From Dimorphilus gyrociliatus (lineage: Eukaryota; Animalia; Annelida), in NCBI GenBank assembly GCA_904063045.1, contig CAJFCJ010000012.1:496001-560000 (forward strand): a stretch of DNA of 64,000 nucleotides. The letters run 5' to 3'. Position 1 is the first letter of the stretch, and each line of letters begins with the position of its first letter. A program made the translations under genes and the position numbers. The notes under the pieces are model-generated. The model saw only the letters and a list, made by a program, of their open reading frames with translations, searched no databases and was not told where the DNA came from. Shown piece after piece: positions 13,749-27,644 of this stretch.

Positions 13749-15118
13749 ATGTTTAACAATATCTCTCGTTTGTTAAACGAAAGTAATACAAATATAATGG
13801 AAATTTGTAAGAATTGTAAGTACAATGAACTCATTTTTCTATAAGTCTATTTTCAAGCGAATCTATTTAAAATTTAATTATTCTGTTTTTTATACTGGCT
13901 TATCTTTCATTTTTCTAGAAGTTGAACATTCTATATATTTTATATTCTCATTTAAACAAAACTATAGTTACTTTAAATATATTTTATATAAAACTATATT
14001 TCTTGCATCTTCAATAATACAAACTTTATGTTTCAATTTCATTTCATTCCTTAATTTTAGATGTACGGATTTCCGGAAGCAGAGGAGTAAACAATGCACA
14101 AACTATTATTCAGAATATTTTAATACCACTCTTTGCAACTTTTGCTCTTATTGGAAATTTAATAAACGCCTCCAAGTTTTTAAAACGATTTATGGTCATA
14201 AGAAAATGTTCAAAAAATTTGAAAACGTCTTATTCTTTGTTAAAATTTCGTTATGTTATTGAAAAAGCAACTTTATTTGAATTGAGTGCCTGGTCTATAA
14301 GTAATTGTTTATCATGTTTAGTAATTTTACCTCGATTCCTTGTTCCCAAACGACAAGGTATATTTTGTACCAAATCCTTCGGCTTGTATTTTGAGTTGTA
14401 TGAACCTGCAGTTAAGCAAATATTTAGATGTGAGGGGACTTGGTTAGCTGTTTTAGCAGTATGTACAAATTTTTTATGCATTAAAAAAATTCACGAAGCA
14501 CACTTATACGTATCTCTCAAAAACTTGACAACTATGATACTCTTGAGCGTCGGTCTCATCGCAGTGGGTCACATTCCCATGTTGTTCAAGTATCAGTTAG
14601 ACGCCATAGAAAACGACAAAATTACTTTTTACACCATTATTCCAGGTTGGTTAAGCGGTAAGCAGGAGCACTTTTTTTCTTGCCTATGGTTAATTATAGG
14701 ATATCTAATGCCACTTTTGCTATCAAGTTTTTGCATGGCCAAGATAATACGGACGCTTCTTACTTATCAAATAAGAAGTACACAAACGAAGAAGGCTATT
14801 AAAAAAGCAGCTGTATTAGTTTCTGTAAATGTTATATTTTTATTGCTATTTCAAACACCGTATCAAATTTTTACTTTTTTTTTATTGTTAAAAACCATGA
14901 AAAGCGTCTCTACAAATATTGTAGTATTCAGTAATATTGTAGAACTGTTAAACGTTTTGCATTACAGTTTAAACTGTTTTGTTTGTTGTTTTTTAGAAAC
15001 TTCTCCAAAAAAATGTCTTTGTATTTTAATATATAAATTTGGTCACAAAAGTGATATAAATAAATCAGTTAAATGGTCAAGAGACAGTGCAAATTTAGAA
15101 ATAGATGACCACGAATAA
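13749..15118 (+). CDS. Divergent class A (rhodopsin-like) GPCR, two exons (approx 13749-13815 and 14060-15118), FMRFamide-receptor-like/chemoreceptor-type
   Basis: Exon 1 MFNNISRLLNESNT has N-glycosylation sequons and a phase-1 GTAAGT donor. TM1 QNILIPLFATFALIGNLIN lies upstream of the called ORF in the same frame. TM5 WLIIGYLMP, TM6 FQTPYQI, TM7 LHYSLNCFVCC; seven hydrophobic segments. Confidence 0.8.
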
Positions 15119-16211
15119 ACTGATAATTGTTTCCTATTTCTTGAATATTTATTTCGGCAGTATGAATGAAAACAAAGTATTCATTCATAACTGCTTTATT
15201 AATACATTTAAAAATAATGTATGTTCTTTTATTGATTTCAATTGAAAACAACAATAAAATAAACAAAATAATATTTACAATATAGTGCTTCCATCTGGCG
15301 TGTCTTTGTTAAGTATACCTTATAAGGAATACATCTTAAATTAAGTTACATCACGTGTATTTTGATATATAAAAAGGTATAATGGGAAATGTATATTATA
15401 AGGTATCTGCAGACAGAAAGATAGATATAGAGGGGACGAAATGTTATGTTATACAGATATGAGTATAAATATTTGAACATTTGTATAAGAAGTTGTAAAG
15501 AAATTAAAGAAACCTATCTTTACAAGGAAAGTAATAAAAGACACAAAAACACGATAGAGGTAATTTAATTAAATTGTTAAATTCTATTATTCAACTATGT
15601 CAACTATTAACCAATAACTATTTATACTGCATTTTGTTTTCAATGTAGAGGAAACAAGCGTAATTTAATAAAATAGTAAAAATAGAAAAAAACGATGAAG
15701 AAGAAGGGGGAGGAGGAGGAGGAAGAAAAGATAAAGCAAAAGCTCTTCAAGTTCAGGCTAAGAGATATTGTTAATCAAATTTAGAATATCAAGAGTTTTG
15801 ATGTATACTTTTCTTTAGAAAATTCTAATTTAATAAACAAGTATCAATACATAAACGTAAGCGTGTAGGCTTCTCTCATTTTTTTAATTAGTTCTCTACT
15901 TTTAAAATATTGAAGAAAAAACAATAGATTAAAATATCATACGTGACTGATTTATTCAAAAGGAATGAACTATATAAAAAGGATATTTATGATCTTATGC
16001 CCTCTATAAAAATTAAGAAAGGCTGCTATACTATTGATAAACTAACTGTTCTGTTGTTAAAAAATTTATTATATAATTAAGAATATTTAACAATCTCTTC
16101 ATTTATTATTCGTATTATGTATTTAGTTTAAAAATGAATAGCTAGAAAAAAATACTCACGTTAAATACAGATATAATAAGAAGTATGAAGCTACAAGTAG
16201 CGTATGACATA

Positions 16212-16255
<44 letters not shown>

Positions 16256-17621
16256 CATAAAGTATATACGGTATATTGATCTAATGTGACATTCTAACAT
16301 ATACTTTAAATCATGCTTTTTCTCCATTTGAAAAACTTATTTATGAATGGTATTTAATCAATTCAAAAAAAGTATCTACTTTATAACAATGACGCTATAA
16401 AATTACAACAATCAATAGTCAGTTTTGATTTTATGGAAGAAGCCATAGCATATAATAACGCCTGTTCTTCTCTTGAGAAGCCTTATCAAAAAAAGTTGGT
16501 GATTTGAAGCGAAATTAAATGATTAGGGTGAAAAATGGATGACTTTATGTTAAAAGTAGATGAGATATTTCTCTATTTGTTTTTTGTTACTAGACTATAT
16601 AAATGTCATTTTTTTATTTTGTTTTTTAAGCGGTTTTTCAAGTACAAGCTATAATATTTTCTAACAAATATTTTGATATAATGCATGTTATGTCATGTAT
16701 AAACTTCGAAATAGTATTATTTATATAATTATTGACTGTTAATGTTGTTCATCAAGAGTCAAGGAAGATATAGAGAGATTAATTCTGCATTATTATATGA
16801 ATAAGATATGAACGTCTATCAGCGTTAGAAACTTCGTTCATCTGCACTAGAAAATGGATTTTAACAGGGCCAAATTTTCTCTTTAATTGATTATGTATTC
16901 TTTAAGTTATTGTCTTTTTCAATGACTATATGAGTTATCATTAATAACATTAATATATTGAATAATTACTTTTCATAATCGTCTTTTCATATATTAAACA
17001 ATTCTGTTTAAGAAAATACAATTCATGAATAAACAATATTGATATTTCTCTACGAATAGCACCACCTATCGACATAATACAAATAATTTTCATATTCATG
17101 TCAATACGAGAAGCGAAAACTCTTACCGTAGAAAATATATAACAATATTAGCCTTAGCAATATAATTCCCAAGTGTACGTAAGTAATTTTTATTGTTTTC
17201 TAATAATTCAATCGAAACATTAAAGAAATATCAGCGAAATACGAGAAAATTGATATTTTTCAATACAATATTTTAGATGATCATCTTTCTCTTTTTTATG
17301 TTTCAGTTCATAAATCTTCTTTATAGTTTTTTTTCCATCATAGGGTCAAAGAGATTCTTTTATATATCAGGTGTATAGTTTACCTCAAGCAAGACCTCTA
17401 ATTTTCAGTAACATTAAAAGGTGAAATATATGAAAAGATTACGGCATGTGTAATATTTTTTTTAAAAAATTATTTCTACCATATTCATTTATTCTATTAT
17501 ATTTATTCTAAAATGAACAAATATGTCTTCATTAAAGAAAATATATAATAAATCATTTGTTAATTAAAGTTTATAAATATTCATTAGTTTCAAGAGTGAG
17601 AATGAAAGAGTTTGAGAGAGC

Positions 17622-17652
<31 letters not shown>

Positions 17653-17998
17653 TGAGATAGCCAGAGAAAAAGAATAAAAGGTAAAATTTAAATAACAGTA
17701 TATTAAAATAATCTTGTGTTTCTTTCCTCCTCCTTATATCTCTCTTTCTTATTTTAACAATATATTACACAACAATACTAAGAATTTGTAGCCACCAAGG
17801 TTTTTAACCTGTAAATATCCAGCAGAGCAGAGTCTTTTTACTAAGTGTCTTACTGTTTCATAAATTCTTTTACCTTCAATTTTATAGCTTCTAATAATAA
17901 AGAAAAAGAGAGGGAAATGTATAATTATTCTCTATCTCTTTTTCATCTAAAATTCCTTTTTTTTATTGTTATTAGTTGAATTACATCAGAGAAAAGGA

Positions 17999-19103
17999 AT
18001 GGATAATACAACTTCTTCTATAAATCTTTATGCAGAACTTTTGAAAAAATACGAATTAGTTAAAAGTACGTTTTTTTTTTTCAATTATTTCAAACAATAA
18101 AAGTGCACTGAATTATCAATTACAACTATTTTATGTTAAATATACAGATGATAAGCCGACGACAATTGATGACAAAATTATTCTTCTATTTAGTCAAATT
18201 GTAATACCAACAATATCGAGTATTGGTACTGTTTTGAATATGGCCAATATTGTAATTTGTATACACAAGTTCAAAAATCGAATTAACTTAGAAGAAAAAA
18301 CGAAATATATTGGTTTATTGTTTTGGTTCAGCTTCTGCTTTTTGGCATGTATATGCCTAATTCCACAAGCTTCATCGCCTTATCCAAGAATTATTTTTGT
18401 CAATAAATCTTTTAGTTTTTACTATCAAATGTACGGATCTACTCTGCAATTTCTATTCAGTCAACAATGCATCTGGGCAGCAATTTTAAATATAGTTATG
18501 CAATGTATTTGTACCTATCGAAGAAGAACAAATTATGCATCAAAGATATCTCCCAGATACTTTGTAACAATTATTTCTGTAACTTCCCTTGTAATTTTTT
18601 TCGGACACATTCCAATGATTTGGAAATTTCATTGTGAGACGATAAAGGATGAAACAGGAAAAAAAATTATTTATTTCGTTCACCCAGGCAGATTCTCCTT
18701 CAAAATTGAATTGATCGTTTCGTGGCTATGGTTAATTTTTGGATATCTTGTTCCACTAACAGTCTCAGTAGCTTGTTTTTTGATTATCAAAATTCGTTTG
18801 ATGGCTGATGATGAGCACATGGATCTAAGATATAGAAGAAATGTTAGGAAGAGTTTGCATCTGGTTGTTATTAATATCTCTTTGCTAGTAATTTCTCAAA
18901 CTCCAACTCAAATTTGTCGTTTTACCTTGTTATTGGAAAATACTCAGAAATCTCTACTTCTTTTCGCCGCTTTTGCAAATCTGCTATCATCTTTACATTA
19001 TGCATTTAGCTGTTTTATTTACTGCGTAATCGACAAATCTCTTTGGAAATCATGTCGTGAAAATAGGGGGGATGAAGAGGAAAATAGTGCGATAGCACTA
19101 TAA
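17999..19103 (+). CDS. Divergent class A GPCR, tandem paralog of 13749-15118; two exons (approx 17999-18065 and 18149-19103)
   Basis: MDNTTSS start and the same phase-1 N-terminal intron. TM1 QIVIPTISSIGTVLNMANI. Shares GHIPM, WLIFGYLVP, SQTPTQI and LHYAFSCFIYC motifs with the first copy. Confidence 0.8.
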
Positions 19104-19840
19104 AATACAGAACGTTAATGATTATTTAAGCATAAAATATACACTTTGTTTACAGTATATATACATTGTAAAATTGAATTGTATATATACTGTATATTTG
19201 TCTTTGATACTCAAACTAATATTTTTCAGCCAGTATATCTAAAAAGCTTGGAAAAAGAGTATATCTATAAAAAAACTGCGTGAACAGTTTTATATAATAT
19301 ATAGAATATACAATATATTCATTTGGAAAGATGAAGAATAGAAAGATGTACGATTGCTTTCCAAATCTATAAGAAATTTATAAGAAAAATTACAAGGATA
19401 AAATAACTAAAACAGTTACTTTTGTTTTTAAAGAAAAACAGTAAGAAAGATAGATCGAGAACATTTTAAATAAGCCTCTAAAAGATAGATTTTTTCATTA
19501 CAAAAGATCAACAAAAGAATAACACCCAAAGATTTTTTTATGTAAAAAAATTGTACTCTCCAATGCTTGTACTTTCAAAGTGTATCTTCTTTATAAATAA
19601 CGAAAAATAGTAATTAGGCTTTTTTCTAAGTTTCTTTTATTATTTTCTTTTTGTTATATAAAACAATGAAAAAAAAACCATTACAGAAATAACATAAATG
19701 AAAAAATGAGAAATTTTGAAATCATGAAAAGGAGGAGAGGTCTTGAGAAGGAAATATATTATTTAAAATAAGTAATGCATTTACATCTTGTTAAAGATTT
19801 CAACTTAAAGATAGGAAAAGAATGAAACAAAAATAGAATA

Positions 19841-20520
19841 CACAATGGCCACAAAAAGTAACTGTAACAGTAATGAAAATGACTAAAAATGTAGATTTCT
19901 TGAATTAAAAAGTATGTTTTAAATATTAAATCTTTGTTTCTATAAGATAAATGTCTTGTATAATATCCAAGTGTTGATCAATTTAGTTAGATATAAAGTA
20001 ACTGTAAAATTTTGAAATTCATCTTTTATTATTTTTATACAATTTTACAGAATCATTTAACTTTAGATATTCACATTTCTTCTCAGCCTTTAATCTCCTT
20101 TCAATGGATACATAGGGGGTTTGGATTTCTAAATTGGAAATTTTTCAAAATTTCCCTCTAAACACCTCTCGTAGCTCTTCATTGTCTCTTGGCTGCCTTA
20201 GCTTCATTTTCTCAATGCAAAGCCCCCAAAGAAGCTCAATATTATTAAGATCAGGGCTGCTTTGCAGACCATTTTTTTGCAGTAGCTTGGCCTTTCTTAT
20301 TAAAAATTGACTGTTTCTTTTTGCTATATGACAGCTGGTTTCATCTTGTTAGAATATTTTATTCCTCTGTAAGTTTGGTATACAACTATTTTTAAAAATC
20401 TAGATAATACATCAAAATTTTACGAAATCATTTATCTTATGGAAACAAACATTTAATTTAAGAAATTTACCTGTTTAGTCATTTTCACTACTGTTACAGT
20501 TATATTTCGTCATCATTGTA
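19841..20520 (-). mobile_element. Internally deleted Tc1/mariner-family DNA transposon (about 680 bp) with terminal inverted repeats and a transposase C-terminal remnant
   Basis: Inverted repeats: 19860-19887 taactgtaacagtaatgaaaatgactaa matches the reverse complement of about 20475-20502 at 27/28, with similarity extending about 100 bp. TA dinucleotides flank both ends (19839-40, 20521-22). Minus-strand translation of about 20370-20085 reads IF*QDETSCHIAK...QSSPDLNNIELLWG...PRDNEELREV...IQTPYVSIERRLKA, matching the Tc1 FQQDNAPCH / SPDLNPIE consensus with two stops. Confidence 0.88.
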
Positions 20521-23500
20521 TACTTTTTAAAATATCTTGAGTTATCTCTTAAATTTTATAGATAATCTTGAATACAATTAAATATCTTGAAATGTATTTA
20601 GTGTCACTTCTCTCTTACATTTCATTTGTATTATTTGAACTACTTAAGAAATAAAAAGATTTGCATTTATTCAAGTAAACATTTATTTATTTAATTAAAT
20701 TATACAATACACTAAAATCTTAAAATATTATCAAAGTCATGTATAATTAGGAAGTAACCAAATGTTCTGTAAAAAACTATTATACTGTCTATACTTTTCC
20801 TTAATTAACATGTCATGTAACTACCATGAGTTATTTTTTTCTCCGATAGATGGCTGTCCTCGTTTCCTAGTTTTTTATTATGAATTCCTGTGTTTGTATT
20901 TTATATATAAACATATATATATTAATATATATTATATATATAAGATTTCAGGAGAAAATGAGGGTGTACAATTGTTTAGTTTTTGTTGATATTTTTCCAT
21001 TAGAGACGAGATTTATCGTCGAAGTTTTTTCTTATATAACGTTCTGCTTTAAAGCTATATCTTTATATTTATCAGTTAGCTTGAAGGTCAATTAGGTATC
21101 CATTACATAAATCCAAATAGATTAGATAAAATTGAATATTATATTTTCGTGTAGAGAATTCTATAATTACGCTAATTATAAATATTCCTGATGATGATAT
21201 CTTATCCATCTGTATATTTTTAATTACCATAGAGCATAATATTTTCTTTTATATATCAGTAATGCGAATGATTAATTTTCAGCTGGTGTATATAGAAGAG
21301 GCGAGGGGGAAAGGGGACTTAGAGTGAGGGATATTATACTGTACCTTTATTATTCTTCACTACTGTATATTAGTACTTATCTTAGTTGAAAAAATATTAT
21401 ATACCTTATCTTTATGATTGGAATAAATAGAATAAATAGACTAGAAACTTTTGCAAATCGTCATAGCTTGGGTCTTTAACAAAAGATGATATATTTTTCC
21501 TTTTTTCTTAAAAAAGGGTTTGAGTGAAAATTTCCTTCTAGGGGCAAATGTCAGCCGAATATTGATAGATCAATAAAAGACCTATTGAAAATGACAAACA
21601 GGTTATAATTAAAGAGTTGAAATTTCTCAGCGTTGAATATTCTACACGAAAATATATATTTTCTATTTAATTCCCTCAAGAAATTTTCTCATAGATAGAA
21701 ATAAAATTATATTTACTCATAAAACATGTCTATTAAGAAATGGTCCTATACTCTCATCGATTTTTTTTTCAGGTGATTTTAATACGTACACTCAAGCATG
21801 ACGATTTGTATAAAATTCACTCGAAACCTCTCGTCCTCAAACTATATTTTCGCTCATAATGTATTAAAGTTTATTGTTGTTTATATAGCATGTAAAATTT
21901 TTTTTATATTAATTATTATATTAAATAATATCGATATTTATCGCGTCTGGCAAATAAACTCTTTTGGTTTTAACAGAAAGCCAAAATTCGTGACGCTGTA
22001 AATACTCGTAGGCCAAAAAAATCTATAATACTTGGTCATTGTTCAATTCAGTTAGTACTTGCTATTTGAAACATATCGGATTGCTTCTTACTTTATATTT
22101 TGCAGTTGAGCCTGAAATCAGTACGAAAGTGTTCTTGTTTGCGATTATATCTTATTTACGTTAAATTATTAAAGGTTAGTTTAATTTTCTAAATTTTCAC
22201 AGCTTATTCAGCTTATATTTTCTTGCTAAAGTTAACAACAACAAAAATAGTTCAGTCGCATTTAAAAACACTAAATACACAAGGTTATTATATGGATAAG
22301 CGATTATACTCAAATATACTATATTTAAAATTATATATAAAGTATATATGTACAACCGTTCAATTTATTATCCATCTATATTTAAAAAAAATCCCTTCTT
22401 CAAAATGCTATATAGGAGAAATGAAGCATAAACAGTTTCTTTTTAATAATTTCAGCAATTTTAACGATTTTACCATAAAGATAAACTCTTCTTCGATACG
22501 ATTTATTGGTACCATTCTATCCTTGTTCTTCGTATTATTATCATTGGTATTACTGTAAAAAGAAAATTGAAACATATCGCAAGTAGATAGAATAGCTTTT
22601 TTTTAACGAGCCATTTAAAGATTAATAAATGACACATTTTCACTTGAAATATCACTCTACCTCTCATGATAGATTTTTCTTCTACCTTTCATATATTTCT
22701 ACCTGTCTTTTTGAAGGCATTTTCGTTTCATATTAACAAAATAATAGTGTATTTTTGTTTTGAGATACTAAACGTTTATTTTAGACTTTAGTATGTCTCT
22801 ATTTGAAACCATAAGAGTGTAGTAATCGGAGAACAGATTAAAATTATAAAAGGTAGTAGGAAAGGGAAGGGGGTGGATGAGAGACATAGCACGTTTTAAG
22901 TAGCTATTTTGAAGTAATTTAATCAATCATTTCCATAAAAAATCTATTGAAATTTAACTGTCTATAATCATTTTTTTAAAAAATTGATCTACATTTTTCC
23001 TTTTTATCAATTATCTTTGTCTGCGTTTGATAAAACTTCATAAGAACATTATCATAAGAGATTCTTTTTTTTTGTTTTATTATCCTTAAAAGATTTTTTT
23101 TTAAAGAAAATCTTTTTTAATCGTAAAAGGGAAAAGGGAATAAAGACTATTTCTTATATTTCATTTTTAAAATAAGCATACTAGTAAAAATCATTGAATT
23201 TGTATCATTAGACATGTTAATAATGTAATATTACTTAATTAGGATTTAAAATCATTTAGTTTAATAGAGAGCAAAGAGTCTTTATTGATAGTATTTTATT
23301 ATTTATAAGAGAAATGTATCTTAAATATTATCATTATATACATTAGTATATACTGTATATACCGTAGACTTTTACTTATTTATTTACTTTTTCACTTATT
23401 CAGCTCACATAACATATAAAATAGAATGTTTATATTCGTAATGAGCGAAAATAAGGACAGTTTGAAATTGTTTTATGAAAGAAACAGCTTTTTCTCTTCT

Positions 23501-24206
23501 TAACAATGTAAAAATTTTGTGATAAAATTTAAACGAAGCTCTAAAAGGCCATTGTCAATTTTCTCAAAGTAAGTATTATTCCTATTTTCTTTACACGGAT
23601 ACAATCCGATTTCATTGGCCTAAAAATGTGATAATTTAATACAATTAAGCACAAACGAGAGCTGAACTGTATAATAATTAAGGAAAAGGATATAGTATTG
23701 AAGAGGAGAAGACAGGGTCCTTCGATAGATATGTGGATTGCAATCTTATTACTTAAGACTTAGCTTCAAGGTTACCTTTAATATTTACACGATTCGGTGA
23801 ATACTCTCTATTCGAATAATGATAAAAATCTCAGAAAGATTCTTTCGTTTTATTGTTTTATATACTATACATGATAAAATCTTTATGATAAGAATAAAGT
23901 AAATGCAAAATCTCTTAAAAGTTTCACTCCATCGTTCCTATCAGATTCTTTTATAGTTAGCCAACATCTTAACGCTGAATAACATAATCTAAAAAAATAT
24001 AGAAATAAAACATTATTCCGTAGAAAATATTAAAAAGTATATAAAATATTATCAAAATACAAAAAAATTATTGATCTATTTGAGTAAGCTGCTAGTTTCA
24101 ACTTTTTCTTATCTGAATATTTTTGATAACAGCTTGAATATTCTAACTATATTGTTCAATTTTTTTTTCCAGACAGTCTTTTTTTTCTGATAATTCCTCG
24201 TTCAAA

Positions 24207-24509
24207 ATGCCTCTAAAAATCTTTGGAAGAAAAAAGGGTAAGGAAAAAAAACAAGAATACGAAAAAGATGCCGCATTAACAGAAGAAGAAGCAAAGGCTA
24301 TACCGCAATTAACAAGACGTGATAGAAACGTCTCGATCTCAAAATCTGGAAGGCACAAAATGCAAAAAGGCAACAGGAAAAGTGTTTTGGAAAACGATAT
24401 CTTTCAAAGAAGTACAAAAGGAGAGGAAGGTAATGCCAGTGACGCAACATCTGTGTCTGAAAGTGTGACTTCAACAGGCAATTGCTCTACTACTTCACAT
24501 GGATATTAA
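24207..24509 (+). CDS. Small (100 aa) basic/acidic protein with a PRR15/PRR15L-like motif
   Basis: Single coding exon after a strong acceptor (ttttttttccag, about 24172). The segment RDRNVSISKSGRHKMQKGNRKSVL resembles the recalled vertebrate PRR15 core [23 protein letters not shown]. Composition is coding-like within very AT-rich flanks. Confidence 0.65.
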   Translation: MPLKIFGRKKGKEKKQEYEKDAALTEEEAKAIPQLTRRDRNVSISKSGRHKMQKGNRKSVLENDIFQRSTKGEEGNASDATSVSESVTSTGNCSTTSHGY

Positions 24510-26761
24510 GACTTCCTGCAAATGCATTTTTTGATGAAAAATTGTGTACATTGTTTTCTTGCAGAAACATTTCCAATGCATATATCAATGAAAACTATAC
24601 TCATTAGATGTATAATTTACTTAAGTAACTAATATGAATATTGTTATGTGCCATTTTACAAAAATAGTAATGATTGAAGGAAGGAAATAGAAGCTTGTAA
24701 AAAAAGAAAATCGAAACAAATACAAGTTCCTATTCATATTTCTCACTAATATTAACTTTCTTTCTATAGAATATTAGCAATTCTTTATCTATAAAATTAT
24801 AAGATGTTTCAGCCTATAAATTGTAAAAAAAGAAATACTGTAAGGTATTGAGATTCAACGTTTATAACTTATTAAAAATATAAAACTATCTTTTATGTAT
24901 TAAGTTTAGTATATTGTATTACTTTTTAAATTAAATGTCATACACTTATAATATGTCTGATTAATAGCATCAATCAACAATAGATGGAGTTGTTAAATTG
25001 TTTATATTATGTTTCTTTTTTGTATAGGCTTAGCCTCGATTGTTTTTCTTTTTTTTGCTTCCCCTGTAATTTGATTTATAAATGATATAAAGGTATATAT
25101 TTAGATAAATTAGATTATTTAAATAATTAAAAAGCCTGATTTTTCTTTGAGAAAAAAAAACAACAACTAGGATCACATGACTAACAACTTTCCTTACGTA
25201 ATTCTTTCTTTTATAGTGCAATTTTATAGTGCAATTTTATTCGACGGTTTTACGCGTATTATTTATATAGATATCTATGCATAAAAGGTAGAAAATAAAG
25301 TGAAATAGCTTAATTTTAGTTTAGCTATTTAAATATTGGTTTGTACCGTTAAAAAGAGCTAATTACAAAGCATTAAAGAAGCACACTTAAAATAATGAAT
25401 ATATCAAATATAAGGGAGTTATAGTACTTGTTTGCAGTTGATACAATATACTGTATATTTTCTCACAACGACTATTCCAGCTATGTTATCCCATCGAAAA
25501 GAACAAATTTATAGCCTCTAAATACTGAGTGTTTGTGATTTTGTCAAATGAATAATCTTTTTAAAGCACGAGAAAACGAATGTATAAAGCCAACTTTCTC
25601 TATCTATTTTTATGATTTAGCTGTTGTTTCGTTTTTACAAATCGTGTTATTCAACAATATTTTACATTCGTTTTTTTATAAACATTATTAGAATATTCAC
25701 ATTACTTATATTCTATCATATTCATTATTAATTATTTAGTCTTTATCTTTAGAAAAGTTCTTCTATTTCCCTTTCTTTATTTACTGTTTATTCACAAACG
25801 TATCTAAAAAAGGAATAACATATTTTTAACGGGATATCTTTAAAGTCTGATTGAATATTCATAAAACCACATCTGTACGTCATATACACTTTGATTTAAG
25901 GAATATGTATGAGTAAAGGGTTTAGCGTGTAGTTTCAACAACTTTTTTTAAAAATTTATTGCACCTTTGTATAAAATTTTCTTTTGAATTTCTAAACTAC
26001 ACCTGGTCTCACGACTCTAGACTTAAAATAGGCCTACAAGTCAACAAGCGCAAGTTCGTTTAGGCAAACTATACCAAGAAAAGAAAGGATAAAGATAGAT
26101 TAACAATGTTTTGAAGACATAAATAGTTGCGTTAAATCAGTATTCTTGTTAGATAGTTGAATATAGTTAATAACGGAAATTATACGTTGGCGATATTAAA
26201 AAAGAATTTAAGTTATAAGTGTTTAATTGCACTTAAAATCTGCTTTTAGACAATGTTTTCTTTTGTTTATAAAATAAATAGTATATATTGTACAATATAA
26301 ATACATCTCATGAATTGTGAGTATATATATATATATCTGTATAGATCTACTTATATATAATATCTCTAGTACACGTATTCATTTAACTATATATAAATCA
26401 GAGATAAAACCTCCCATATGTATATATGCAAGTATATAAAGTATACTACTGTATATTTGAAAATAGTAGAACTATACTTATTCTATGAATTTTCTTTTAA
26501 AGTGATATTTGTCAAATAATAACAACCCGGAAATCTAAGGAAAGAATTCAATATGACTCTCGTTGTTAAATACAAGCTTACATACAAAAAGAAAAATTCT
26601 ATAAGTAGGACTAATTTATTTAATTATAACAGATGATTTGAGCTTGTAATTATTCAATACTAATCTGTTTTAACTGCTCTTTTCCTAGAATTATTGTTCA
26701 TAGTGTTATGTATCTGATATTAAACATAGACTAAAAAACTATAAATTTTTATTCAAAAATG

Positions 26762-26775
26762 CTAGGTGGCGCTAT
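26762..26775 (+). promoter_or_regulatory. CTCF-like motif (cTAGGTGGCGCTA) about 870 bp upstream of the PstS-guanylyl cyclase
   Basis: Matches the 3' core of the CTCF consensus (YAGRKGGCGC) but lacks the 5' CCAC. Motif match only. Confidence 0.25.
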
Positions 26776-27644
26776 TTCATTCTACAGAATGAAAAATGCG
26801 CTTCAGGCATTAATAGTTGGTAATTTTTTCTAAGGGTTAAGAGCGATGTCTCTCTTTTTGAATTGTATAAACAGTTTGATAGAAAAATTAATGGATTACT
26901 ATTTTAGTGTAAAAAAAAGAAAACGAGTTTTTTTCGTAGTTGGAATCAAAAGCGTAACGAAAAGATCAACGAAAACAATCATTGACAAACTTATAGCGTT
27001 TGTAGATCATACAAAATGGAAAAGGGGAAGAATTAATTATACTCTTGAGATAATACATTTATTAATTATATTTTCTAAGGAATTTACAATTCCCTCTCAT
27101 TATTATTGATAAATTATTTTATCAAGTAATGGATAGGGAATATGTATAATATTAGTCTAATTTTCTTGGAATAAGCAAAAAGATAAGTGATTTTATAAGG
27201 AAAAATAGAAGAAATGATAAAAGAGCTTCTAATTTAGATATTTTTATTAAATACATTACTAAAATATGTAAAAATTGTAGAATTTATGATGGAGAATTAC
27301 TATAGAAAATTTAATATTATTTAAACAAGATTTAATTAAGTAATGTTGGTTGATAAAGATTTTTTTTTTGATAGAAAGAAGAACGTTTTTAATACTATTC
27401 TTTAACAAGTCTACTTTATGATTTAATCTAATAGAGAAAAAAAAGGAAATCTCTCTCTATTTATTAACTTTATCTTATGAATGAAACTTATTCAGGTTTT
27501 TTATTCTATTCTTAGCAAAATTAACTTTTATTAAATCACAATCAGCACATCAGCACCTTAAGTCAATCACTGCACTAAATATTTACTCAAGATAAGATAA
27601 TTAATAAAGATTGCCTTGACGTCAAATGTGTTGATCATGTAGAA

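Noticed and set aside
13825-14262. 145-aa ORF overlapping the first GPCR
   Set aside because: Mostly intron 1 of the GPCR read in another frame; low-complexity hydrophobic artefact.
21400-22600. Short ORFs and splice-like signals (21798-22001, 22223-22558) suggesting an extra gene
   Set aside because: Joined frames hit stops and translations are F/I/L/K/Y-rich, as expected from AT-rich non-coding DNA. They may be UTR exons of the 24207 gene.
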